Shown here in pieces: positions 53,126 to 63,453 of a DNA stretch of 64,000 nucleotides. Position 1 is the first letter of the stretch. The number at the start of each line of letters is the position of its first letter. The notes beneath the pieces were generated by a model that saw only the letters and a list, made by a program, of their open reading frames with translations, did not search any database and had not been told where the DNA came from. The stretch covers positions 90,734 to 154,733 of the forward strand of contig JAZNFS010000033.1 of assembly GCA_045589175.1 (NCBI GenBank), written 5' to 3'. The stretch comes from Christensenellaceae bacterium (GTDB taxonomy: Bacteria > Bacillota > Clostridia > Christensenellales > Borkfalkiaceae). A program made the position numbers and the translations under genes.

Positions 53126-54256
53126 TTAGTAGGTTACGCGCTTTTTACTAACGCGTAAGTTGATAGCAGTTATAATCATTATTATTATAAACAATAATAA
53201 AGAACCTGCGTATGCGTAACCCGTTTGACCGAGTTCTAAGTATTGGTAAATGTAACCTACCATCGTTCCCATATCGTAGTTAGTACCCATATCTGCGCCG
53301 AATACACCTACTACTGCCGAATATTGTTTCATACCGCCCATAATACCCGTAATCAATAAATAAGATATCATTGGAGAAATTAAAGGAGTGGTTATTTTCC
53401 ATAATACGGTGCTCTTTGACGCCCCGTCAATTTTTGCAGCATCGTAATATTGCTTGTTAACGCTTTGTAACGCGCTGAATAAAATTAAAATTTTAAAAGG
53501 TAAGCCAGACCAAACTTCATATACAATCATTATAGAATATTTAGTCCACGGAATATCAACCTTGCCTAAATGCCAAACTAAACTTTCGTTTGTGCTTAAG
53601 TTCGTTCCCCTTATCCAGTTGATTGGGTCAGCCCCAAACCAGCCAAGTAAATCGTTTACTATACCAAGTTGTGCTGTTCCAGCAGCGATTTGACGTGTCG
53701 TTCCTATTACTTGGAAGAAGGTTAAGAAAACCGCACCCATCGCTAACGAGTTGGTTAGGTATGGTAAAAACAATACCGTTTGAAAGGCTTTTTGTAAAGG
53801 TTTAATTGAGTTTAAGGCTACCGAAATGAATAATGCAATAAATGTTGAAAGTGGAACTGATACGAAGGTTAGTACCATCGTGTTGGTTAAGCATTGCAAA
53901 AAGTTTGCTCCGCCCGTTCCCGTGTCACCCTTTAAAACACGAATAAAATTTTCAACCCCCCAGCCGTTATAGGTGCTGGCTAAACCATTGTATTCTTGCT
54001 TAAAAGAGTTTACGAACGCACTTACGATGGGATAGAAAGTGAATATAACCATTAAAAGCAAAGCGGGTAAAACAAATAACCAGCCTTGTTGAGCACGGAA
54101 AAAACGACTTAACTTTTCTTTGGTTGAAAGTTGTGGAATTGCCTCGCTCGCTTTTTTAGCTACGGGAGAATCCGTATTTTCAGCATCGCTTTCTATAACA
54201 ACGTTTTGTTCGGTAATATTTTCATTTTCGGGCAAATTTCTTTTGTCCATAGTCAT
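53126..54256 (-). CDS. Carbohydrate-type ABC transporter permease (MalF/UgpA-like)
   Basis: Polytopic permease with an N-terminal extension. Confidence 0.8.
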   Translation of the reverse strand: MTMDKRNLPENENITEQNVVIESDAENTDSPVAKKASEAIPQLSTKEKLSRFFRAQQGWLFVLPALLLMVIFTFYPIVSAFVNSFKQEYNGLASTYNGWGVENFIRVLKGDTGTGGANFLQCLTNTMVLTFVSVPLSTFIALFISVALNSIKPLQKAFQTVLFLPYLTNSLAMGAVFLTFFQVIGTTRQIAAGTAQLGIVNDLLGWFGADPINWIRGTNLSTNESLVWHLGKVDIPWTKYSIMIVYEVWSGLPFKILILFSALQSVNKQYYDAAKIDGASKSTVLWKITTPLISPMISYLLITGIMGGMKQYSAVVGVFGADMGTNYDMGTMVGYIYQYLELGQTGYAYAGSLLLFIIIMIITAINLRVSKKRVTY

Positions 54257-54257
54257 A

Positions 54258-55334
54258 TTAATAAATCCTCTCTTCAGTTTCTGCGTTAAATAAGAAAACT
54301 TTGTTTGGTTTCAAGTTGAACTTAAGTTGTTTTGCCTCTTCTGGAAGCGCTATGTCAGAATCGATTATGCTTCTTACTGTATCTTTAGTTGAGTTAGGGT
54401 GGGTTGAAACAACCGTTTTATCTCTTCCCATAACCTCAATATGATCGGTATTTAAAGTGAACCTGCCGTTCTCATCGTAAATAAAGCCTTCTGGTCTAAT
54501 ACCTACGAATACCGCTTGGTCTTCAAGTTCGGGCTTTTCTAAAACCACTTCACCGCCAATGATTAGCTTGCCGTTAACGATTTCGCCCTTAAATATATTG
54601 ATTGGTGGCGTTCCTAAGAAGTTTGCTACGAACATATTTGATGGATTGTCGTATATCTTTTGAGGCGCACCGACTTGTTGAACAACGCCAAGTTTCATAA
54701 CTACCATTATATCACAAATGGACATCGCTTCTTCTTGGTCGTGCGTTACGAATACGGTTGTAATTCCCGTTTCACGTTGGATACGTTTAATTTCTTCACG
54801 AGTTTGTAAACGTAATCTTGCGTCAAGGTTTGAAAGTGGTTCGTCAAGCAATAAAACGTTTGGCATTTTTACAAGTGCACGTGCTATTGCTACACGTTGT
54901 TGTTGACCACCCGAAAGTTGCGATGGCTTACGCGCCATAAGATCTTCTATTTGAACTAATTTTGCCGCGTCTAAAGCCCTTGCTTTTGCTTCTTCTTTAG
55001 GCATTCTCATATTTACTAAAGGAAACATTATGTTTTGTTCCACCGTCATATGTGGGTATAACGCGTAGTTTTGGAAAACTAAACCTATTCCACGTCTTTC
55101 AGGGGCTAAGGTTGTTACGTCTTGGTCTTCAAATAAAATGTGGCCCGACGTTGGGTTTTCTAATCCTGATAACATAAACAATGTGGTTGATTTACCACAA
55201 CCTGATGGACCTAAAAGACCAACAAGTTTGCCTGATGGAATTTCAAGACACATATCGTTAACTGCAACTACTTCGTCGCCTTTTTTGTTTCTACTTGGGA
55301 AAATTTTCGTTAGATTGTTGATTGTAATTTTCAT
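54258..55334 (-). CDS. ABC transporter ATP-binding protein (MalK/UgpC type, with a C-terminal TOBE-like domain)
   Basis: Walker A GPSGCGKST, signature LSGGQQQR and Walker B LLLDEP. Confidence 0.85.
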   Translation of the reverse strand: MKITINNLTKIFPSRNKKGDEVVAVNDMCLEIPSGKLVGLLGPSGCGKSTTLFMLSGLENPTSGHILFEDQDVTTLAPERRGIGLVFQNYALYPHMTVEQNIMFPLVNMRMPKEEAKARALDAAKLVQIEDLMARKPSQLSGGQQQRVAIARALVKMPNVLLLDEPLSNLDARLRLQTREEIKRIQRETGITTVFVTHDQEEAMSICDIMVVMKLGVVQQVGAPQKIYDNPSNMFVANFLGTPPINIFKGEIVNGKLIIGGEVVLEKPELEDQAVFVGIRPEGFIYDENGRFTLNTDHIEVMGRDKTVVSTHPNSTKDTVRSIIDSDIALPEEAKQLKFNLKPNKVFLFNAETEERIY

Positions 55335-55345
55335 TCGCGTTCTTC

Positions 55346-56626
55346 CTATCGCCTTATAATTTTTGCCTCAACGGCTTTTCTATAACCTTCAGCAACGATG
55401 GTTGCTGGTATAGATTTCGTTTCAAAAGTTGTTTCCAGTTCGGATGACTGCAAACTGTAAACCCCTGCTTTCATCCTTTGCTTATCCCTATAACCGTTTA
55501 CGTAATTAAAGGTAAAGGTTACGCTTTCAGTTTCGTTTGCGTAGGTTAGCTTAATCTCTTCCGATTCGCTTAAACCTTCGGCTTGTAACGTTATTTCTAC
55601 CTGACTGTAATAATCTGTTCCAAAAGTTGATTCGTCAAGTTTTGGTTCTTTAGGCTTGATTTTTAATACCTTTGTGCCAAACCATTTTATAAACTTTAAA
55701 ATATATCTCGTGCCTAAAAGAAAATCGCCAAGCACGTAAACACATACGAAATATATTATTATGGTTTTAGTCGCGCGCTTATCTGCGCTTGATCTTGCTA
55801 TACTCGTGTTGCTTTTGGCATAGTTTTCGTTTGATAGAAGTTGAGCATCTAACGCGGTTAATTCAGCGCCTAACGCTTGGTTATTTTGGTTAAAATCTTC
55901 ATCTCCTGCGTGAAGAGCCGCATAATCGGCTACTTCGTTATTTTTTTCAATAAAAGCTTCAACGTCATTAAAAAATTGGGTTTTAAACAAATTTTCACTA
56001 CTAAAAGTTGGATTCGTGGTTTCAATAGTGCCATATTCGCCACCATTCGCCATTATAAAGGTTAGAGACAAAATATTCGTAACACCTAATGACTGCATAT
56101 CACTATCCGAAAACTCTAAAAAGAAAAAGTTGTTGGTTAAAAGCGATGATATATTGTCGAAAACTTGGTCGTTATTAGTATCACAATTTAAAAGCTCAAA
56201 CTCTTTCGCTCCATCTGTTGTGTTGATTAAAAGTTTGGTTTTATTTTCAGCAGTGGAAGAAACTGCAAATTTATCATCCAACCCAAAAACAAAACCTGCG
56301 TAAGACTTGTGCATTTTATATTTTTTTACAACATTTTCTGCACTCGTATCGTCGCCGTATTTATGCTCGTATAGGGTTGCGGATTCAAAAATTACAACAC
56401 TTCCGCCCCTTTCGAAGCTTTTGTATAATACGTATTGCTCGTTGTAGTACCCGCCAACCAGACCCATTGCTTGGCTATAATTCCCAACCTCAAGCGACTG
56501 TTGTATGGTGTTTAATGCTTCCCCATCATACATATAAACGAAGGGTAAAAAAATAGCCAGCATAATACCTAACGAAAAAGCGAATAAATAGTAAACTATT
56601 TTTGCAAACAAACTTCCCTTTTTCAT
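55346..56626 (-). CDS. Hypothetical two-TM membrane protein with a large extracytoplasmic domain
   Basis: N-terminal and internal TM helices. No recognisable motif. Confidence 0.4.
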   Translation of the reverse strand: MKKGSLFAKIVYYLFAFSLGIMLAIFLPFVYMYDGEALNTIQQSLEVGNYSQAMGLVGGYYNEQYVLYKSFERGGSVVIFESATLYEHKYGDDTSAENVVKKYKMHKSYAGFVFGLDDKFAVSSTAENKTKLLINTTDGAKEFELLNCDTNNDQVFDNISSLLTNNFFFLEFSDSDMQSLGVTNILSLTFIMANGGEYGTIETTNPTFSSENLFKTQFFNDVEAFIEKNNEVADYAALHAGDEDFNQNNQALGAELTALDAQLLSNENYAKSNTSIARSSADKRATKTIIIYFVCVYVLGDFLLGTRYILKFIKWFGTKVLKIKPKEPKLDESTFGTDYYSQVEITLQAEGLSESEEIKLTYANETESVTFTFNYVNGYRDKQRMKAGVYSLQSSELETTFETKSIPATIVAEGYRKAVEAKIIRR

Positions 56627-56629
56627 AGT

Positions 56630-56896
56630 TTATTTATCGCTAATGTCCTCATCGTTTGGAGTCGATAAATCAATCGTGTCGTCACTTACGGATTCAGCAT
56701 CTCTGGCTTTTTTGGCAGCGTTAAACGCGCTTTCTCTTTCTCTTAAATTATTGCGTTGCGTTTCGTATTGCTCTCTTCTAAAAATTGGTATTAAAAAATA
56801 CACAGCAATTATTACGGCAATGATGATACCACAAATTAAAAAGAAATTGCGGTCGACCTTGCCTAATCTATTTAATAACAACAAAGTATTTAACAT
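56630..56896 (-). CDS. Small single-TM protein
   Basis: 88 aa, first gene of the minus-strand operon. Confidence 0.35.
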   Translation of the reverse strand: MLNTLLLLNRLGKVDRNFFLICGIIIAVIIAVYFLIPIFRREQYETQRNNLRERESAFNAAKKARDAESVSDDTIDLSTPNDEDISDK

Positions 56897-57805
56897 AACT
56901 TTATACTCCTTTACGATAATCGCTACTATATCATTAAAGTTTCGCTTTAGTTTAATATTTATTTTTTTTAGCCCTATTTTTGTTTAATCTTTGTTTTTAA
57001 ATGCGGGTTCAACACCGTTTCTCTTGTTTTTATTGTGTTTTTCGCGCACGCGCGCACCTATGCGAGTCAAAATTATAACATATTCAAACACATATCTGTC
57101 TAAAAAGATTATTTTTCCTCAAGGTTTTAAAAGCAACTGTGTTCATATGCTTTGAGAAAGCCAATTACACAATTTTTTTACAAAAATCAACGCTTTTTGT
57201 ACGGACTTAAAAATCTTAACCTTAGCATGCGCAATTCTGAAGTTTATACAAGCAACAAAACATTTTTTTTTGCGCTTTTGATCGTTGAAACGATAATGTG
57301 CCAAGTTTATCTTATTCTCAGTTTTACCTTTGGTAACAACTCTTTTTTTAAAGAATAAAAAATTTTTGTGTGTTTTTTTTAAAAAACCAAATCTTGCGTT
57401 TTTATTATATCACAAAAATCGACAAAACGCCACTATTTTACTACCCTTTATTAATAATTAATAAAATTATTTTCTTACTTGATTTTTTATGCCAAAAATT
57501 ATAAATAAAATTGCCGAATTTTTGTGGTTTTTTACTAACTTTTCTAAAAAATAAGGTGTTTTTTCAATTTCCAAACAAAACTAAAGTTGTAAGCGACAAA
57601 CTTTTAATTGTATCTTCAAATAAACCCACGACTTCGCTTAAAAAACGTAACAAAAATAGCGAGCTTTAACGAGATAAAATTTTTTAAAAAACACGGGGAA
57701 TTTTAATATAAAAGTGACGTTTATCAACTTATAGGCTTACTTTTTTGTAATTTATAATCCTTAAAAAACGCTTAAAAATAATCCGATATTTTTTTAAGAA
57801 AGTTA

Positions 57806-57845
57806 AAAAACCAAAAAGTTGTAGCACACAAAAGTATACTACAAC
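57806..57845 (-). terminator. Intrinsic terminator after the M20 peptidase gene
   Basis: AGTTGTAG...CTACAACT hairpin plus a T-run. Confidence 0.5.
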
Positions 57846-57851
57846 TTTTAA

Positions 57852-59123
57852 CTATTCGGTTAATTCCTTAATCGTTCTTTTATAAATTACACACATTCTT
57901 TCAATGTTTTTTACCGTAATATATTCATTAGGTTCGTGTACGGGAGCATCTTCGCCTGGAAATTCAGGACCAAAAGCCGCACCAATAGGTAAAGCTCTTG
58001 CGTAAGTTCCACCACCAATAGCCATAGGCTCTTCGATAGAATTTGTTTCTTCGTTATATACCTTTAATAAAGTTTTAATCAAAAAGCTATCTTTACTATT
58101 ATAAAGTGGTAGTTGATGGTTGCCGATTAATGTATATGGCGCAATTTTTTCACTTGCTTTTTGAATAAAGTCAGCTGGCAAGGTGCATGGATATCTAAAA
58201 TCAACAATAATATCTAATTTACCATTCTTTGCGCTAATCACGTTTGGCGACATCGTTAAAAATCCACTTTCATCATTAGTTTGTTTTAATTTAAAGCAAT
58301 CGTCAAATAACTTTTCGTGTACAGTTTTATCAACCAAACCAAGCTCTATTAGATATTTTAAAAGTGCCGAAATTGCATTTTTGCCCTTTTCTGGAGTAGA
58401 TCCATGAGCAGAAACGCCAAAGCTTTCAATTTTTTCGCCCTTTATTTGCAATCCGTATTTTTCAACCAGTTTTTCATCAATAGGAGCAATCGCGCAAGCG
58501 TAATCACATACCATATTGGGCATTTCTCCACCTTGAATTACTATATTTTTATCACACTCAAAGTGAAATTGTGGGTGAAAAATACCCTTTTCTGCATAAA
58601 TAACAGGAAAATTTCCGTCTGGAGAAAACCCAAAATCTGGCATTTTTGCAACTTCTGCGTAATGCTTCATGCAAGCCCAACCGCTTTCTTCGTTACAACC
58701 AAGTATTAGTTTTATCGTCTTCTTTGGCTTAAATCCTTCATCTTTAAGTTCTTTAAGCATATGTAATACGCAAATTGCAGGCCCCTTATCGTCTAACGTT
58801 CCACGCGCATAAATTTTACCGTTTTCTTCAGTTGGTTCAAACGGTGGATATTTCCAATCTTGCAATCTTCCTGCTTTAACAACGTCTAAATGGCACAAAA
58901 TACCCATCGTTTGTTCACCTTCTTCACCATTAAAAATAACTTCGCCAACGTATCCGTCATAATTTACGGTTTCAAATCCCATTTCGCTTGCAAGATTTAA
59001 CGTAAACAATAGTGCATCGTTAACCTCTTTACCAAATGGCATTCCGGGCAACGCAGGCGCTTGCACGCTTGGAATTGCGCATAATTTCATAATATTTTTC
59101 TTTATTTCATTAATTTGTTGCAT
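57852..59123 (-). CDS. M20-family dipeptidase (PepV/Sapep-like)
   Basis: Metal-binding blocks HLDVV, GTLDDKG and NEESG. Confidence 0.75.
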   Translation of the reverse strand: MQQINEIKKNIMKLCAIPSVQAPALPGMPFGKEVNDALLFTLNLASEMGFETVNYDGYVGEVIFNGEEGEQTMGILCHLDVVKAGRLQDWKYPPFEPTEENGKIYARGTLDDKGPAICVLHMLKELKDEGFKPKKTIKLILGCNEESGWACMKHYAEVAKMPDFGFSPDGNFPVIYAEKGIFHPQFHFECDKNIVIQGGEMPNMVCDYACAIAPIDEKLVEKYGLQIKGEKIESFGVSAHGSTPEKGKNAISALLKYLIELGLVDKTVHEKLFDDCFKLKQTNDESGFLTMSPNVISAKNGKLDIIVDFRYPCTLPADFIQKASEKIAPYTLIGNHQLPLYNSKDSFLIKTLLKVYNEETNSIEEPMAIGGGTYARALPIGAAFGPEFPGEDAPVHEPNEYITVKNIERMCVIYKRTIKELTE

Positions 59124-59236
59124 TATTTTACCTCAATTTTTAAAAATTCGTCTTTATTTATTATACACTTTTTTTTAAATGTGGTAAAATAGATTAGCAG
59201 GCTTTTTGAATTTTTACTAAATTTTAGGAGAAATTT

Positions 59237-59932
59237 ATGCACGAAGGACATAGAGAACGCCTCATTTCTAAACTGCTTGAAGGAAATACTATACTTTCAG
59301 ATCACGAAATTTTAGAAATTTTGCTATTTTATTCAATACCACGCAAAAATACTAACGAACAAGCACATTTAATACTTGACAATTTTGGTTCATTAAAAGC
59401 TTGTTTTAGCGCAGACCATTCTGCACTTATGGCAATCGAGGGTATAGGGCACAAAACTGCTTCTTTCATCGTCACATTAGGCGAAATTTTCCGTAGGATG
59501 GAAGAAGACAAACATCAACTTCCAATAATTTTTAGTTACGACGGTTGTAAAAAAATTTTAATTGATAGTTTTAAGCACTTAAGTGAAGAAAAATTCGTTG
59601 CTCTTTTCTTAAACAAGTCGGGTGAAATTATTCTAAGAAAGATTTTCTCTTCTCATTCTGATAATATGGTTAATATTGATATAAGCGATCTTTTAAAGGG
59701 CGTTTTGATTAAAAAGCCAAAAAGCGTAGTAATTTGTCATAACCATTTATCGGGAATTAACCAACCTTCATTTTGTGACGATAATGCAACGGCAAAAATT
59801 CATCTTGCGCTTAAGCTTAATAATATTACCCTAAGCGATCATATTATCGTTGCCGGTAATAAAACTTTTAGTTACAGGGCAAGCGATCGACTTACAACAA
59901 TTATTAATAACATTAAAGAATTTTTATATTAA
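59237..59932 (+). CDS. radC: RadC-like JAB/MPN domain protein
   Basis: JAMM motif HNHLSG plus an N-terminal HhH-like segment. Confidence 0.75.
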   Translation: MHEGHRERLISKLLEGNTILSDHEILEILLFYSIPRKNTNEQAHLILDNFGSLKACFSADHSALMAIEGIGHKTASFIVTLGEIFRRMEEDKHQLPIIFSYDGCKKILIDSFKHLSEEKFVALFLNKSGEIILRKIFSSHSDNMVNIDISDLLKGVLIKKPKSVVICHNHLSGINQPSFCDDNATAKIHLALKLNNITLSDHIIVAGNKTFSYRASDRLTTIINNIKEFLY

Positions 59933-60086
59933 TTTGAAAAAATTGGTTTTATAAAAATATTGTGAAACACTTATTAACGAAATTATAGGCTTATTTTTAG
60001 CTGTGAAACATAATTTAACGACTAAAAAACGACCTTTAAAAATTTAAATAAATTATACGGCGCATTTTTTGCGACGGGAGGATAAA

Positions 60087-61526
60087 ATGGAAAAAATTAG
60101 AACGAGATTTGCCCCCAGTCCAACGGGATTTATGCATTTGGGTGGCTTACGTACGGCACTTTATTGTTATCTTTACTCAAAAAAGCACGGCGGTGACTTT
60201 ATTTTAAGAATTGAAGATACCGACCAAGAACGTTTTGTTGAAGGCGCTGTCGAGGTTATTTATTCTTCACTAAACGAGTCGAGTATTCATTACGACGAAG
60301 GTCCCGATAAAGGCGGTGAGTTCGGCCCATACGTACAAAGCGAAAGAAGAGCTATTTATCTAGAATACGCTAAAAAATTAGTTGAATTAGGCGGTGCTTA
60401 TTACTGTTTCTGCACTAAAGAACGCCTTGAAAGCTTAACCGATGAAAATGGCAATAGAAAATATGACAAACATTGCTTAAAACTATCAAAAGAAGAGGTT
60501 GAAACGCGAATTGCTGCAGGCGAACCTTACGTTATCCGTCAAAATATTCCAACGGAAGGCACTTCTGTTTACGAAGATATGGTTTTTGGAACGATCTCAG
60601 TTGATTATGCCGACCTTGAAGACAACATTCTTATTAAAAGCGATGGGTTACCAACCTATAACTTCGCCAACGTCGTTGACGACCACCTAATGAAGATTTC
60701 ACACGTTATTCGTGGTACTGAATATTTATCTTCTACACCAAAATACAACTTGATGTATGATACTTTTGGTTGGGAACGCCCACACTATATACACTTACCT
60801 ATTATAATGAAAGATCAAACCCGTAAACTTTCAAAGCGTTACGGCGATGCAAACTTCGATGATTTTGTAAATAAAGGATATTTACCAGAAGCAATCGTTA
60901 ACTACGTTGCACTTTTAGGCTGGTCACCAAAGGAAAACGTTGAAAAAATGAGCATGGCTCAAATGATTGACTTGTTTTCATTAGACGGCGTATCAAAAAG
61001 TCCATCTATTTTTGACGACGTTAAACTTCGTTGGTTAAACGGCGAATATTTAAAAGAGTTATCAGACGAAGAATTTTTAAAGGTCGCAACTCCTTTCTTT
61101 AAACAATCAAAAGTTTATGGAAAGTACGATTTGTTACAACTTTCTGCGCTTTTAAAAACAAGAATTGAAATTTTAAGCGAAATTCCAGATAAAATTAATT
61201 TCTTAGAAGAGTTTGGCGAATACGACACTGCTCTTTTCTTCCACAAGAAGATGAAAACTGATGCTGAACTAGCTAAAACCGTACTGCCTTGGATTCGCGA
61301 AAAACTTGAAAGCGCCCCATCTTTCGACCACGACACCATTCACGATTTATTAATCGGCTTAGCAACCGAAAAAGAAATGAAAAACGGTCAAATTTTATGG
61401 CCTGCACGAGTTGCTTTATCGGGTAAAGACGTTACCCCCGGTGGTGCTATCGAATTAGCACTTATTTTAGGTAAAGAAGAATGCTTACGCAGAATAGATT
61501 TCTCGCTTGAACTTTTAAATAAATAA
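60087..61526 (+). CDS. gltX: Glutamate--tRNA ligase
   Basis: ATG 60087 follows a GGGAGGA RBS. HIGH-region HLGGLRTA and KLSKR motifs. Confidence 0.95.
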   Translation: MEKIRTRFAPSPTGFMHLGGLRTALYCYLYSKKHGGDFILRIEDTDQERFVEGAVEVIYSSLNESSIHYDEGPDKGGEFGPYVQSERRAIYLEYAKKLVELGGAYYCFCTKERLESLTDENGNRKYDKHCLKLSKEEVETRIAAGEPYVIRQNIPTEGTSVYEDMVFGTISVDYADLEDNILIKSDGLPTYNFANVVDDHLMKISHVIRGTEYLSSTPKYNLMYDTFGWERPHYIHLPIIMKDQTRKLSKRYGDANFDDFVNKGYLPEAIVNYVALLGWSPKENVEKMSMAQMIDLFSLDGVSKSPSIFDDVKLRWLNGEYLKELSDEEFLKVATPFFKQSKVYGKYDLLQLSALLKTRIEILSEIPDKINFLEEFGEYDTALFFHKKMKTDAELAKTVLPWIREKLESAPSFDHDTIHDLLIGLATEKEMKNGQILWPARVALSGKDVTPGGAIELALILGKEECLRRIDFSLELLNK

Positions 61527-61546
61527 TTTTAACTAACAAATTTTTA

Positions 61547-61582
61547 CCCTCTAATTGCTCGTCGCGATTAGAGGGTTTTTTT
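61547..61582 (+). terminator. Intrinsic terminator after gltX
   Basis: CCCTCTAAT...ATTAGAGGG followed by a T7 run. Confidence 0.65.
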
Positions 61583-61920
61583 GTGAAACATTTTTATAAA
61601 ATTCAAGTTAATGAATATATAGGCCTGTTTTTTGTGAAATATTTTTTAATACAAGAAGTTAAAAACTTGCTTGCAAGGGTTTTAAACTTCGCAGGATTAT
61701 ACACTTGAAGTTTAAAAACATGAGTTTTTAAAGCAAAACCCACAGTTTTTGCAAAGATTTTGCCAGTGGCAAAAGATTTAACTTCTTATCGTTTTTAATA
61801 TTTACTTAAAAAAATAAAACATTTATAGTAATTTTTATTTTTTTCTTTTTTATAATTTTTTCGTATTTTACTATTTTTTAAGTTTTTTGATAAAAATTAA
61901 GATATAAAAATACATAAAAG

Positions 61921-62532
61921 TTAGCCTATAAGTCGATTATTGGCACTTTCAAGCATACTTTTTATATCTTCGTTTGAGAGTGTGTCTTTTTGCTTTTTAT
62001 TACTATATCTCTCTTTTATAAACACTTCAATCCCTTTTGCAACGTTCGTTGCCATTTTGTATATACTAGAAAGGCGGATATCTGTTAAAAAACCTCTTTT
62101 AAAGTCAGCTTTTTCTCCAACAACCCCTATAATCGACAAGTCCCCCACCATTGGCAAATCTTTGTCCACTCCAAGCCCTGGTTTTAAGCCCGTTTTTTGA
62201 ACCTTTACCCTTCCAACGTCCCATTTTTTACCCACAGCGGCATCGACAACCACTACAGTACTATCAGGATGAGCTTTTTTTATATATTGTGCTATAAACG
62301 GTACTTCTTTTGCCGTTATCGGATGAGTTAAGTTGCCGTAAGTAAATATATTCCCCACGTTAAGGTTGATTAAAGTTGCACTTAGCGGAGCTAAAGAGTC
62401 ACCTATATTACTGTCTGTACCGATGAAAACGAACACAAGGTTTTCACTTTTATAATCAACGTATTTTTCAAGCGCTTTTGCAATTGACAAATATAAATAT
62501 TTATCTTCAATATAAAAATTTAACTCTTTCAT
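61921..62532 (-). CDS. yyaC: Spore protease YyaC-like protein
   Basis: IGTDSNIGDSLAPL motif. An alternative TTG start lies at 62550. Confidence 0.55.
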   Translation of the reverse strand: MKELNFYIEDKYLYLSIAKALEKYVDYKSENLVFVFIGTDSNIGDSLAPLSATLINLNVGNIFTYGNLTHPITAKEVPFIAQYIKKAHPDSTVVVVDAAVGKKWDVGRVKVQKTGLKPGLGVDKDLPMVGDLSIIGVVGEKADFKRGFLTDIRLSSIYKMATNVAKGIEVFIKERYSNKKQKDTLSNEDIKSMLESANNRLIG

Positions 62533-62674
62533 ACAGTTAATTTTAACCAAATATGTCTTTTTTAATCATTTTTAATTGCAAATTGAATATTTTAGTGATA
62601 TAATGATAAAGAAGGTAATAAAATAAACAAGGTTTAGTTTATTATTTTAAATTTAATACAAAAGGAGATTTGAT

Positions 62675-63406
62675 ATGAACACATTAATGGGTAACGTAGG
62701 CTTAATTGTCGATCTCGTTTGTCTTGCTTTAATTTTAGCATTTGTCATCACTGGGCTAATTCGAGGCTTTTTCAAGCGAGTTTTTAAAATTGCCGTTACG
62801 ATTGGCGCACTTTTAATCGCATATTTCTTTTGCGATAACCTAGTAAACTTACTAGAAGATCAATTTCAATTACTAACTAAACTCACCGATAAAATTGTAG
62901 GACTAGATTTATTTAAAATCCCTGCAGACGTTATCAAAGGTAGCTTAAGCGAAAGCATAAAAGCCGCCGTTGAATCAATGGGATTACCACAATTTATTGC
63001 TGAAGCAGCACAAAGTTCTGCGGCATCACTTGAAACAAGTATTGGAAACTCAATTGAAGGCATTACCCTTCATATTTCAACAGTTCTTTCAAGATATATT
63101 TTAATAGGCGCAAGCTTTGTTGCATTACATATAGTTTCAAAATTAATTTTATCAGTAGTCGCTATTATTTTAACAAAAATTATTGAATTACCAATCATAA
63201 ACGGTGTTGATAAACTTTTAGGCGCTATAATGGGTTTAATTAAAGGATTTTTAGTTTTAACTGTTGTGATTTACTTAATCAGCGTTATTCCTGGCGGAAT
63301 TTTTGAAGACTTAAGACAAATGCTTTCAACAGCAACATTTGGCGGATTCTTGCAAGAACACAACCTATTCGAAGCTATTATTTCAGCCGTAGTTGCAAGA
63401 TTTTAA
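62675..63406 (+). CDS. cvpA: CvpA-family membrane protein
   Basis: Four TM helices with a typical CvpA N-terminus. Confidence 0.65.
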   Translation: MNTLMGNVGLIVDLVCLALILAFVITGLIRGFFKRVFKIAVTIGALLIAYFFCDNLVNLLEDQFQLLTKLTDKIVGLDLFKIPADVIKGSLSESIKAAVESMGLPQFIAEAAQSSAASLETSIGNSIEGITLHISTVLSRYILIGASFVALHIVSKLILSVVAIILTKIIELPIINGVDKLLGAIMGLIKGFLVLTVVIYLISVIPGGIFEDLRQMLSTATFGGFLQEHNLFEAIISAVVARF

Positions 63407-63423
63407 AACATTTTAAAGTTTAA

Positions 63424-63453
63424 AAACGAGCATATCTTTGCTCGTTTTTTTGT
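63424..63453 (+). terminator. Intrinsic terminator after the cvpA-like gene
   Basis: AAACGAGCATATCTTTGCTCGTTT followed by a T-run. Confidence 0.55.

Noticed and set aside
57152-57358. 68-aa ORF in the long intergenic region
   Set aside because: No RBS, hydrophobic low-complexity translation, inside a probable 5' leader.
59933-60086. Looked for a T-box leader upstream of gltX (and upstream of metG at 33051-33163)
   Set aside because: The leaders are short (154 nt and 113 nt). They lack the AGGGTGGNACCGCG T-box sequence and a specifier stem.
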